Source: a virus
Lineage: Duplodnaviria; Caudoviricetes
DNA: 36,171 bases
Reading direction: 5' to 3' (one strand)
IMG/VR virus record: IMGVR_UViG_3300037424_000401
Location: 1-36,171 of that record
In this document: in pieces, positions 26,726 through 35,037 of the stretch
How the letters are laid out: the number at the start of each line of letters is the position of its first letter
How positions within the stretch are numbered: the first letter of the stretch is position 1
Position numbers and translations under genes: made by a program
Notes under the pieces: model-generated
What the model was told of the DNA's origin: nothing
Database searches by the model: none
Seen by the model: only the letters and a program-made list of their open reading frames with translations

Positions 26726-29197
26726 TTAAACGGGAACGCCAATTCCGGGGGCCGGAGACATCGGAGCCATCTGTGGCTGTGGAGGAGCGATGACGTTCTG
26801 GGTGGCCTGAGCCGTCTTGGCAACCGCCTGAGCAACCTGAGCCATCATCTGCTTAATCTTCTCAATCTCGGCCTGCTGAACCTGGTTGATCTGGTTGCCT
26901 TGAGCGATAGCCTCAGCCATTGGTGCAATCTGTTGAGCCACCTGCCCAACTGCCTCTCCAACGAGCTGCTGAGTTTGCTGTGCCGCAGCTTGCAGGGTCT
27001 GTTGCTGTGACTGTTCAATGGCTTGCTTAACCTGCTCCGCGAACTGCGAAATCATTTGATTAACCTGTTCGGCCTGCTGCTCTGGCTGGGCGGCTGGATC
27101 TACGTTCTTGCCCTTCAATCTGAATTCCTTTGGCAGCCCGGCAGTGACGATGATCTGATTAAGCAACTCAACCAGCTGAACGGCTCCTATGGATTGGATG
27201 AGGACCGGGTTGTTAGCCACCGCCAGGAACATCTTGGACATGGCATCAGCAATGGCCGGGTTATCAATCCGCTCACTCGCATCACGAGTCGAAGCAAACG
27301 ACTCCATTTGCAATGCGCTCTTCTTGGCCTTCACGGTCCGCATGGAATCAGGATCGTTAGGATCGTAGGTGCTATCATCCTGAATAGTGAGACCAACCTT
27401 AGTCATGAGCTTCTTCAGCTCCTCCTCAGTGGAAGCAAAGGAAGACGAGATGCCAACCGTGATGTCATCATCAGCGTAGGCCATCATAGCGTCGTACAGC
27501 ATCACCTTCTTGGCGTAATCACCATCATCAATGAACGATCCGGTGAACGTTACCCTGGTGGATGTGTTCTGGGAGATGACCTTTGTTTCTTCCGCTGTCT
27601 GTTCATGTGACGCCGCCTGGCCAATCTCCTGCGGGCTTAACTGCATTACCCGATCCAGCATATTCAACACGCCTTCGATGGTAGCCGCAATTTCCTGAGT
27701 GTTGTGCCTGGTCAGCTGTGGAGAATAAAACGCCTCACGCTGATCCACTTTGAAGCGATAATTCTCAGTGGAAGAAAATGGAAAGAACTGGCGACCACCA
27801 AAGTTTTTGTAACCGAGATTCTGAAGCTGGCTCAACGCCTCGGCTGGCATCTTCTCCTTATCAACAAAGATTGGGTTGATAAGGTTCTCCTTAACCGCCG
27901 CAATCCATTGGGTCATCAGATTGCCCACATGATCCTGGAACGGCATGATTTCAAGAACAAGAGAGCGGAACCTTGCACGGTTGAAGTCTGCGTCAAAGGC
28001 GTAAACGGGAAGACGGTCAAACGCCAAAGGTTCCGCCCAAATCACTGCGTTGTCCGATGCCATGACGAATCGGAACCACACCGGATGCTCGTAGGTTCCA
28101 AGCCCGTTCTCGCTCGGGATGATCTTTTGAAAGTGCTCAGTGACTAGAGTGGCAGTGTTGAAATCACCCTGTCCATAGGAACGGTAAGCTTCTGTCTGGC
28201 GATCCAGAGCACCAGCCCCACCAAGACCATCAGAGATGTTCTCAGGGAACGTCATCTGACACGGAAACACTTCCTCCAGGAAATCACTCTTCACATCAAA
28301 CCAGCCAACCGAACCCATTGAGATTAGATCCTTGTTCCAATACAACGGACAATCATGAATGTCCTTGTACCTTCTCAGCATCCAGTGACCGGCGTACTCG
28401 CAGCCAGAGTTAGTATTCAGAGTGGAAAGCCGGTGGTACAGATCGTAATAGATCCGGCTGGGGTGGGGCATATCAAAACGAAGCCCCTCACGGATTACTT
28501 TCTCGGTTCCAGTTCCATCATCCTGCTTCTCTGAATACCACGCCTCCCGTGGGAAATTTATGCAGAACCCGTAGAGCAGGGTTTGCAGAATGGACTGTCG
28601 AAGATCTGCCGGATAACCAAACCACGCTGACTGACGCTGGACAATCTGCGTGATAACTTCACAACGAAGCCGGTTCTCCTTGGTGAATTGAACCGGCTCA
28701 TACTTGTAAAGCGGAACCAGGTTCCGATCATTGAACAGCTTCGCCCACCTGATGGTGGTGTATGACATCGCAATCGGAATGAAGATGTTGAAGAAGACCG
28801 GGAGGTTGATTGATTTCTTTGGAAGACCGGTGGTTGCATCACAACATGGCTTACCGCTTGAATCTAGAACATCACTCAACAAATGTGTAAGCCCCCATTG
28901 CCGGACAGTCTCCATCACCTTCTTGTCATCCGGCTTGTTGCTGAGAAGCCCCCTCAGCTGGGTGTATGAAACCTGATAGAACGGAGAATCATAGGCCCAG
29001 TCCATGGCCTTGAACAAACGATAGTCCCTGCGGTTTCGATTGATGCCGTCCCTGATAACGTCACGAATCCTCTCAACCAGCGCCTTTACCTTAGGCCTCT
29101 CCTCAATGGTCTTGGCATTGAAGGCGGCTTTGAGGCTGTCCGGATCAAGCTTGTACTTACCACCCTTCTTGATCAGGGCCTGGACTGGAGCTGGCAT
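26726..29197 (-). CDS. Portal protein (P22-like, long Gln/Ala C-terminal coil)
   Basis: 823 aa; EIMPFQDHVGNLMTQW and QEIGQAASHEQTAEE (TAxE motif) segments and a Q/A-rich C-terminal helix; adjacent to TerL. Confidence 0.8.
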   Translation of the reverse strand: MPAPVQALIKKGGKYKLDPDSLKAAFNAKTIEERPKVKALVERIRDVIRDGINRNRRDYRLFKAMDWAYDSPFYQVSYTQLRGLLSNKPDDKKVMETVRQWGLTHLLSDVLDSSGKPCCDATTGLPKKSINLPVFFNIFIPIAMSYTTIRWAKLFNDRNLVPLYKYEPVQFTKENRLRCEVITQIVQRQSAWFGYPADLRQSILQTLLYGFCINFPREAWYSEKQDDGTGTEKVIREGLRFDMPHPSRIYYDLYHRLSTLNTNSGCEYAGHWMLRRYKDIHDCPLYWNKDLISMGSVGWFDVKSDFLEEVFPCQMTFPENISDGLGGAGALDRQTEAYRSYGQGDFNTATLVTEHFQKIIPSENGLGTYEHPVWFRFVMASDNAVIWAEPLAFDRLPVYAFDADFNRARFRSLVLEIMPFQDHVGNLMTQWIAAVKENLINPIFVDKEKMPAEALSQLQNLGYKNFGGRQFFPFSSTENYRFKVDQREAFYSPQLTRHNTQEIAATIEGVLNMLDRVMQLSPQEIGQAASHEQTAEETKVISQNTSTRVTFTGSFIDDGDYAKKVMLYDAMMAYADDDITVGISSSFASTEEELKKLMTKVGLTIQDDSTYDPNDPDSMRTVKAKKSALQMESFASTRDASERIDNPAIADAMSKMFLAVANNPVLIQSIGAVQLVELLNQIIVTAGLPKEFRLKGKNVDPAAQPEQQAEQVNQMISQFAEQVKQAIEQSQQQTLQAAAQQTQQLVGEAVGQVAQQIAPMAEAIAQGNQINQVQQAEIEKIKQMMAQVAQAVAKTAQATQNVIAPPQPQMAPMSPAPGIGVPV

Positions 29198-29201
29198 CTG
29201 A

Positions 29202-29462
29202 TTAGTATTTAACGCTTACTTCCGGTTTAGCCTTGGCCGTTTTTCCCATTGGAGCCGAGTTCCCCTCCATCTTGTCTTCCATCTTCTCTTCCATCATTTC
29301 CATATCGTGTGGCTCAAAGCTGGTTACCTCAGAGACATTACGTTGTGGTCCTGCCCCCGTTTTAACCTTAACCATCGCCATGTACTCGGTGTTATCATCC
29401 CAGCCGTCCACCATTGCCTTTACGCCGGGATCTGACATATCGAAAACCATTGTGCTTGGCAT
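29202..29462 (-). CDS. Small acidic hypothetical protein, first gene of the virion operon
   Basis: 86-aa ATG ORF ending 4 nt before the portal ATG. Confidence 0.7.
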   Translation of the reverse strand: MPSTMVFDMSDPGVKAMVDGWDDNTEYMAMVKVKTGAGPQRNVSEVTSFEPHDMEMMEEKMEDKMEGNSAPMGKTAKAKPEVSVKY

Positions 29463-29489
29463 ATTGATGCCAATTAGCCACTTTGAGCT

Positions 29490-31046
29490 GTGCTAATCAA
29501 GGTAAATGACAGCGGCTTCGTTTACGACGCCAGCAAGCCGCCCTGCTGGATTCCTCCGCTAAACCTAAAACAGCTTGAGATCTTTAACGATTACCACAGG
29601 TATCTGCTCGTCCACGGGCCGCGCATGAGCGGGAAAACATTCGGGATTATCCACAAGGTCATCCGCCATGCATTCGATGTAAACGGGGCCATGGCAGCCA
29701 TTGTTTGCAAGACGCTCAAGAACGCCAAGAGCGCCGGGGTCTGGTTCCTGTTGTGCCGGGCACTGCAACACTGGGAGAGATTCTGTTACGGCTTCAGGAT
29801 CGTGGAAGGTCCAAAGACCACCGGAGACACCAAGCTGTCCTTTGTCCGCATACGGAACCGTCATGGAACCATCTCAGAAATTCAATGCCATTCCCTGGAG
29901 CATGCTCAGGAAGTGGAGGCAAAGTTCAAGGGTTCCTGCTACTCCATGTTCTGGCTGTCTGAGCTGGATCAATACTGCACGGAACACGCCTTCGACATTC
30001 TCTGTGATGCCCTTCGACTGACCCCGTTCATTCCATTTGAAGAACATCAAATTATCTGTGACTGCAATCCTCCAGATACCGGACCGAACAACTGGATGCA
30101 TGACCGCTGGTTCAAGTTCAAGGATTCTAAAACAGACGACAACGATCCACAAACCATCATCGCCAAGGACAGACTGCACAGAATCCTAGTGATGATTAAC
30201 GACAACCCACAGCTGGACGAGAACGCTAAGAACGATCTTATTGAGCGCTACAAGCGCAGGAAAAAATGGTACGCCAGATTCATCGAAGGAAAGTGGGAAC
30301 AAGATCTGACTGACGGACACTTCCACGATGTCTGGGATGAGGAGATCCATGTGGTTGGCAAGGTTGATTGTTCGGAAGACGAAAGAGAGGTTATCGTTCC
30401 GACTCCTCAATGCACCTCGTTGCTGACCGGTTGGGACATGGGGGAATCAAAGAACCATTCCTTTCACATCATCGAGAAGGTGATCTCGGAAATCCAAGGA
30501 ACCAACCGCAGGGTAATCTCATTCTCCATCATCGACGAGCTAGTGGTCATCCGGACTCATATCTCCATCAATCAGTTCACGGAAGCTGCGCTGGCCAAGA
30601 TGGATTACTGGAACGCCTATATGAAGACGCAGCACCGGATGGAAATTAAATGGCGTCACTGGTCTGACTCATCCGCGTTTCAGTACCGGGCCTCCGCAAA
30701 CTCCACTGACGCTGCGATGGTGTACGAAGCCTCGGGTGGAAGGATCGCACTGGATGCAGCCCCGAAATACCGGAACTCAAACCGGGACAAAGTAAAACTT
30801 CTCTGGCAACTACTCTACGAAAAGCGCCTGCACGTTTCCGCGCAGCTGGATAAAACCAGAGCCATGTTCGCAAACCTAAGACAGGGTGGAGATGCAGAGT
30901 ACGTGAAGGAGGACGATCACAAACATCCATTCGACACGGTTGCATATCCAATCCTGGCCGAAGCCCCGTCTGATATGGTAAGGAGATCAGATCTTTCCAC
31001 GGCACAACCAGAACGATCCCCGACCATGGTGGCCGCTTCCATCTGA
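29490..31046 (+). CDS. terL: Terminase large subunit
   Basis: Q motif (LKQLE), Walker A LLVHGPRMSGKT, variant Walker B MFWLSELD, coupling motif CDCNPP, RNase H-like acidic motifs TGWDMG, WSDSSA and KHPFD. GTG start with an in-frame stop two codons upstream. Confidence 0.9.
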   Translation: MLIKVNDSGFVYDASKPPCWIPPLNLKQLEIFNDYHRYLLVHGPRMSGKTFGIIHKVIRHAFDVNGAMAAIVCKTLKNAKSAGVWFLLCRALQHWERFCYGFRIVEGPKTTGDTKLSFVRIRNRHGTISEIQCHSLEHAQEVEAKFKGSCYSMFWLSELDQYCTEHAFDILCDALRLTPFIPFEEHQIICDCNPPDTGPNNWMHDRWFKFKDSKTDDNDPQTIIAKDRLHRILVMINDNPQLDENAKNDLIERYKRRKKWYARFIEGKWEQDLTDGHFHDVWDEEIHVVGKVDCSEDEREVIVPTPQCTSLLTGWDMGESKNHSFHIIEKVISEIQGTNRRVISFSIIDELVVIRTHISINQFTEAALAKMDYWNAYMKTQHRMEIKWRHWSDSSAFQYRASANSTDAAMVYEASGGRIALDAAPKYRNSNRDKVKLLWQLLYEKRLHVSAQLDKTRAMFANLRQGGDAEYVKEDDHKHPFDTVAYPILAEAPSDMVRRSDLSTAQPERSPTMVAASI

Positions 31047-31837
31047 GCAAGGCACCACCGGATGGCGCACATCGGATCTCCGAAGGTGGCTCCATAGGCC
31101 TTCTCGAACTTGGAGCAATCCAGCACGGCGGCGCTGCGTGGAACATGATGCTTCAAGAACTCGTCCGGATCATATTCCACCACATCAGGCCTGATCATCC
31201 TAGCTACCACAAGCGTGCTGACCGGAATTGAATAAGCAGCATGATAAATTCCAGGCTTAGCCTTGTTGGATAACTGCCAGCTCCTCATGCAGAACTCGTC
31301 GAGGAACGTAACTGAGTTAATCCCATCGAGGATACGTTCGTAGTTCTTGATTTTGGTTAACCAGTTCCTGGGATGGTTCTGATGATTGAACGGCATTCGT
31401 ATTCGGAAGATCCAGCAATTGTCCTTGATGTTAAGAATCTCCTGTTCGGCATTGAGTTTAGTCACTCCGTAAACAGTCCTTAAAAAGTTTGGACAGTCTT
31501 CTTCCGTGAATTGTCCAGGACCATCGAAGACGCAACCGGTGGAAATATGAATCAACGGAATCTTGCCACACGCCAAAGCAATGTTGTAAGGCAGGACCAG
31601 GTTGGCGTCGTAACATTCAAGGCAGTTCGTTTCACAATCATCCACCGTTCTGCCAGCGTAACCAGCGCAGTTAATGACCCAGTCAGGCTGGTAGGAACGA
31701 AGAACGAACTCCAGCTCCTCCGGGTTTGTGTAATCAAGCCACGACCTTGACAATATCAACGGATGAAAGCCAAGGTAGTGCAACATCCTGGCATAAGCTG
31801 ATCCGACGTAACCGGTGCCGATAACCATCACTCGCAT
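30917..31837 (-). CDS. RmlD-family / NRS-ER-like NDP-4-keto-6-deoxyglucose 3,5-epimerase/4-reductase (rhamnose synthesis)
   Basis: MRVMVIGTGYVG Rossmann start, VINCAGYAG..VDDCE, HISTGCVF, catalytic YGVTK, and FRIRMPF...PRNWLTKI..Y...NSVTFLDE as in NRS/ER-type enzymes. Confidence 0.85.
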   Translation of the reverse strand: MRVMVIGTGYVGSAYARMLHYLGFHPLILSRSWLDYTNPEELEFVLRSYQPDWVINCAGYAGRTVDDCETNCLECYDANLVLPYNIALACGKIPLIHISTGCVFDGPGQFTEEDCPNFLRTVYGVTKLNAEQEILNIKDNCWIFRIRMPFNHQNHPRNWLTKIKNYERILDGINSVTFLDEFCMRSWQLSNKAKPGIYHAAYSIPVSTLVVARMIRPDVVEYDPDEFLKHHVPRSAAVLDCSKFEKAYGATFGDPMCAIRWCLAQMEAATMVGDRSGCAVERSDLLTISDGASARIGYATVSNGCL

Positions 31838-32033
31838 GACCAAGATCATTATCAGAGACCGATCCGGGTTCAAGGACATTGGCTATGTTCTGATTGAAGG
31901 AAAGGTCGTGAAGGCCACAACCAAAGGACTTAAGTACATGATTGGATGGGTGGATGAGTCGGTGCATGAGTATGGCAGGACAAATGGATGGACCTTGACA
32001 ACGGAAGATGGCAGGCATGACAGTGAGAAATAA
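31836..32033 (+). CDS. Hypothetical phage protein (65 aa)
   Basis: MTKIIIRD...VLIEGKVVKAT..LKYMIGW...Y...GW resembles a small phage family (from memory); ATG at 31836. Confidence 0.55.
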   Translation: MTKIIIRDRSGFKDIGYVLIEGKVVKATTKGLKYMIGWVDESVHEYGRTNGWTLTTEDGRHDSEK

Positions 32034-32052
32034 TCGATACTGCCATAATAAA

Positions 32053-32343
32053 ATGAAGATACTCTTTCTGCTCCCGATCTTTCTTTGCTCCTGCTCCACT
32101 GCGCCGATCCCGCCAGACCAGGCACTGACAAGGAACTTCGTCACAGAATGCGAATGCTGTCAGGCTAAAAACACCCTGCGACCAATCTCGTCTCGTAACA
32201 CATCCGCCATGACACTGCCTGACCAAAACCTGGCGGTAACAAAGGTTCTAACGTTTAGATGCGTCTCCTGCAAAAAGAAGTTCACCCAGGAAAGTGAGCC
32301 AATTATTGAACCCATCCGACCCAAGGCGCTTCTGGCGAAGTAA
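32053..32343 (+). CDS. Putative lipoprotein with Cys-pair (zinc-ribbon-like) motifs
   Basis: MKILFLLPIFLCSC lipobox-like signal after an A-rich leader; CECC and CVSC motifs. Confidence 0.65.
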   Translation: MKILFLLPIFLCSCSTAPIPPDQALTRNFVTECECCQAKNTLRPISSRNTSAMTLPDQNLAVTKVLTFRCVSCKKKFTQESEPIIEPIRPKALLAK

Positions 32344-33292
32344 TATCAGCAAGCAATTAACAAGGCAGATTCAGCAGAAGGCTTGGGATTGGGATGTCGA
32401 GCATCCGGAGATACGCAAGCAGCTAAACGATCAAACCGTGAAGAACATAGAACACTACCTGTACATTAAACAGAAACTTCTCCTGGTAGCTTCGCTGTGG
32501 TTATTGGCCTGCGTGCCATCATTCGCGGCGACCAGCTCCGTCGTTGCCACCTTCGACGCTTCCACGTCCACGTTCGTAGCCAGTTACGCTATAGCCTACG
32601 GACAGGCATCGCGAGGCACTAACCATGCCTTTACCTACCCAACCAACTTCGTCTTCTCCAAGACAAGCCTTAGTGTAACCGTGAGCAATCTTGGGCCGGG
32701 TCTGTGGTTCTTCTCGGCTTATGCGATTTCTACGAACAACATCCGAAGCGACTACTCCAACGAAGCTTCATGGACGAACAGGTCGTTTGGGCCACAGAAC
32801 CTGCGCATAACCGGACCTGTGGATGCGCTGGCGTTGCAGTCCTCAGGAGACCTGTCTAATTGGAAGACCATGGCGGTCATCACCAGCACAAGCGCCCCGC
32901 TGGTCATAGCCGTTCAGCCGCGTTCAATGTTCCGGGTGCTAAACACAAATCTTCCACCACCGTTGCCGACTGTTATCCGCACAAATCGCACAAATGTTTC
33001 CGGTGCGTCCTTTCGATTGCAGAGCGTGATTCCCGCATTGATTACCTCATCAATTTTCGCAAACGGAACTGACACGAACGAGCCAGCAGCAGATTACTGC
33101 CGGATGTTCCGGGTGGACTTTGCCACCGAGACGAACTGGATTTACGGCTTGGAGAGTTCCAACGACTTAGCCAGCTGGTCTCCTTGCCAGCCTGAAATAG
33201 ACGGGACCGGAGAACCTGACTATTTTTTTGACGTGGATAGTGAGTTTAGATTCTATCGCATAGCAACACGGGAGGGAGTTCTCCCGGAATAA
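32294..33292 (+). CDS. Secreted Fn3-like protein with Verrucomicrobia-type C-terminal domain(s); start uncertain (alternative GTG at 32438)
   Basis: Signal-like KQKLLLVASLWLLACVPSFAA; Fn3-like YAIAYG...VTVSNLGPGLWFFSAYA...SDYSNE; two LxSSxDLxxW motifs, the last ending RFYRI. Confidence 0.7.
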   Translation: MSQLLNPSDPRRFWRSNISKQLTRQIQQKAWDWDVEHPEIRKQLNDQTVKNIEHYLYIKQKLLLVASLWLLACVPSFAATSSVVATFDASTSTFVASYAIAYGQASRGTNHAFTYPTNFVFSKTSLSVTVSNLGPGLWFFSAYAISTNNIRSDYSNEASWTNRSFGPQNLRITGPVDALALQSSGDLSNWKTMAVITSTSAPLVIAVQPRSMFRVLNTNLPPPLPTVIRTNRTNVSGASFRLQSVIPALITSSIFANGTDTNEPAADYCRMFRVDFATETNWIYGLESSNDLASWSPCQPEIDGTGEPDYFFDVDSEFRFYRIATREGVLPE

Positions 33293-33310
33293 GTGTAACC
33301 ATAAAAACCT

Positions 33311-33541
33311 ATGAGCGATGCCGTTACTGTAGCAATCATAGCCAGCCTTCCCCCAACCTTGGTAGCTATGGCCGCGTTATGGAAGGTTGGTAAAATCGAA
33401 AACGTTGTCCATGTAGTTCACAAGGAAATCAACAGCCGCTTCTCTGAGTGGAAGGAAGATATGAAGCAAGCCGCCGTGGCCAGTAACATTGCCTCCAAGG
33501 CCGAGGGCGTGAAGGAAGAGCGGGAAAGAGGAAAGTCTTAA
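33311..33541 (+). CDS. Small membrane protein, possibly holin-like
   Basis: Hydrophobic N-terminus AVTVAIIASLPPTLVAMAALW followed by a charged coiled-coil tail. Confidence 0.6.
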   Translation: MSDAVTVAIIASLPPTLVAMAALWKVGKIENVVHVVHKEINSRFSEWKEDMKQAAVASNIASKAEGVKEERERGKS

Positions 33542-33589
33542 TTTTCGCCACAACTCAAAGTCGGTCCTCCTTCCGACCCGTGGTGAGAA
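33542..33589 (+). ncRNA. Candidate structured RNA element with UCCUCCUU loop
   Basis: TTTTCGCCAC (33542-51) pairs with GTGGTGAGAA (33580-89; 10 bp, 2 GU), enclosing the hairpin GTCGG-TCCTCCTT-CCGAC. Confidence 0.4.
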
Positions 33590-33627
33590 GCCCCTCCGTG
33601 TGTTGTTGCACGGAGGGGTCCGTTTTT
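33590..33627 (+). terminator. Intrinsic terminator
   Basis: CCCCTCCGTG-TGTTGTTG-CACGGAGGGG perfect 10-bp stem followed by TCCGTTTTT. Confidence 0.7.
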
Positions 33628-33671
33628 GTACGGATTGATGGCGTGCCATAAAGCAGCTACACCGTGGAGCC

Positions 33672-33896
33672 ATGAAAGATGAAACTAATCATGGCTTGTT
33701 AATCAGTACATACGCCGCCAAGTGTGTGAAGGAGATCCTTGATTCCATCAGAGCGGACGCACTTAATCCCAGACCGTGGTTCTTAATCATTGAGGAGCAC
33801 ATGGGTAACCTGATAAAGCGATATGAGGTACAAAGAAATATCAGACGGAGAGTGGGTGGCACCAAGAAGAAGATCCTACTTCATGAAGTGCTGTGA
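33672..33896 (+). CDS. Hypothetical protein (74 aa)
   Basis: ATG preceded by GGAG; 3' end overlaps the next gene. Confidence 0.5.
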   Translation: MKDETNHGLLISTYAAKCVKEILDSIRADALNPRPWFLIIEEHMGNLIKRYEVQRNIRRRVGGTKKKILLHEVL

Positions 33897-33996
33897 CTGC
33901 GGTCTGGTCCATAAAATGAACTTCAAGTTGATTAAGCGCGGCAGAGGAAAGCAGATCCTGTTTCAGGCCTTCCGCCTAAGGATAAGGAAGCCCTAG
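33823..33996 (+). CDS. Small CCDCGLVH zinc-binding-type phage protein (57 aa), missing from the ORF track
   Basis: Hand translation: MRYKEISDGEWVAPRRRSYFMKCCDCGLVHKMNFKLIKRGRGKQILFQAFRLRIRKP. The DGEW..P...CCDCGLVH motif resembles a recurrent phage family (from memory). Confidence 0.75.
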   Translation: MRYKEISDGEWVAPRRRSYFMKCCDCGLVHKMNFKLIKRGRGKQILFQAFRLRIRKP

Positions 33997-34325
33997 AACT
34001 TCTTCCCATGAAGGTAGGGCCTTGATTCATTGTATTTCATCTTGGCCTCGATGACTTCCTGGATGTCTAACCAGACAAGGTGCCCACAAAGATCAAAGAG
34101 CCGGATGAAGGCATCGGCAATCTCCACCTTTTGATTTGCATAAGCCGGGCAATGCTCATCTGCGGCAGTGTCTCCCTTCCGGTAGCGCTCGAAGAACTCA
34201 CAGAGTTCCGTGTTTACCAGCATAAGCTTGTTGCCGATGTCGTTGTTGGCTTCCCAGAAGCCGTGAGCGATGGAGTTGGCGTGGGCTTCAGTAATCAGGT
34301 CTGCGATGGTTTTTGTTGGTGTCAT
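33993..34325 (-). CDS. MazG-like NTP pyrophosphohydrolase
   Basis: HGFW, LVNTELCEFFE, VEIADAFIRLFDL and KMKYNESRPYLHGK. Confidence 0.85.
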   Translation of the reverse strand: MTPTKTIADLITEAHANSIAHGFWEANNDIGNKLMLVNTELCEFFERYRKGDTAADEHCPAYANQKVEIADAFIRLFDLCGHLVWLDIQEVIEAKMKYNESRPYLHGKKF

Positions 34326-34350
34326 GGTTTGGTTGTTGTTGTTTGTTGGC

Positions 34351-35037
34351 TTAGAAACTAATCACTTCACAGAACTCCCGGAGTCGTCGAATCAAAGCAG
34401 GGCCACGATGGTAGGACATCCTGTCCGCCATGCCTGCCTCGTCCAGTTCGGTGGTGGCAATGATGGGAAGGTGCCAGCTGGTCCTATGATTGATGACATC
34501 GAACAGCTCAGCCTCAGCCCGGTCAGTTAACTTCAGCTTCCCGAGATCATCGAAGATGACAAGCTTACAACCCTTCACTTGTTCAAGCCATTCCTCCGCG
34601 TCCTCTTCCTTGTAGTGCCGGGCCAGCTTGTTGCCGAAGTCGGTGCCGGTGAAGACATGGATGGAATCAGGGCCAAGATGAACAGCAAGTTTTTGAATCA
34701 ACAGCCACAGTACCCTGGTCTTGCACCTGCCGGTAGGCCCCCAGAACAAAAGCCCCTTGCCGCCGTACTCCCATTTCATGGCCTTGAGATACTGAGCCTG
34801 TGGAAGCCTGGCCGTGTCCGTGGCCAGGAACTCAGGAGGGCAGCTGCCATGAATCCAATCAGATGCTAACTTTTCAATGCACTTCCGGCATGTATGGAAA
34901 GCGTACCTGGCTGGTTCAACCTGGAGTGATTGCTCCTGTTCGTTACAGACCCGGCAGATCAGGGTCCCCAGGGGTTGCTCCCTGCTCACCCCACCCGGTG
35001 GTTGAAGTAGCTGGCTTAGGTTTGTCGTTGGCGTCAT
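34351..35037 (-). CDS. DnaC/IstB-like AAA+ helicase loader
   Basis: CRVC...CRKC zinc motif, Walker A GLLFWGPTGRCKT, Walker B VIFDDLG, LFDVINHR, PIIATT and ALIRRLRE. Start uncertain (35037, 35061 or 35088). Confidence 0.85.
   Translation of the reverse strand: MTPTTNLSQLLQPPGGVSREQPLGTLICRVCNEQEQSLQVEPARYAFHTCRKCIEKLASDWIHGSCPPEFLATDTARLPQAQYLKAMKWEYGGKGLLFWGPTGRCKTRVLWLLIQKLAVHLGPDSIHVFTGTDFGNKLARHYKEEDAEEWLEQVKGCKLVIFDDLGKLKLTDRAEAELFDVINHRTSWHLPIIATTELDEAGMADRMSYHRGPALIRRLREFCEVISF

Noticed and set aside
29202-29462. Terminase small subunit
   Set aside because: Adjacent to terL but on the opposite strand, acidic, and without an HTH-like pattern.
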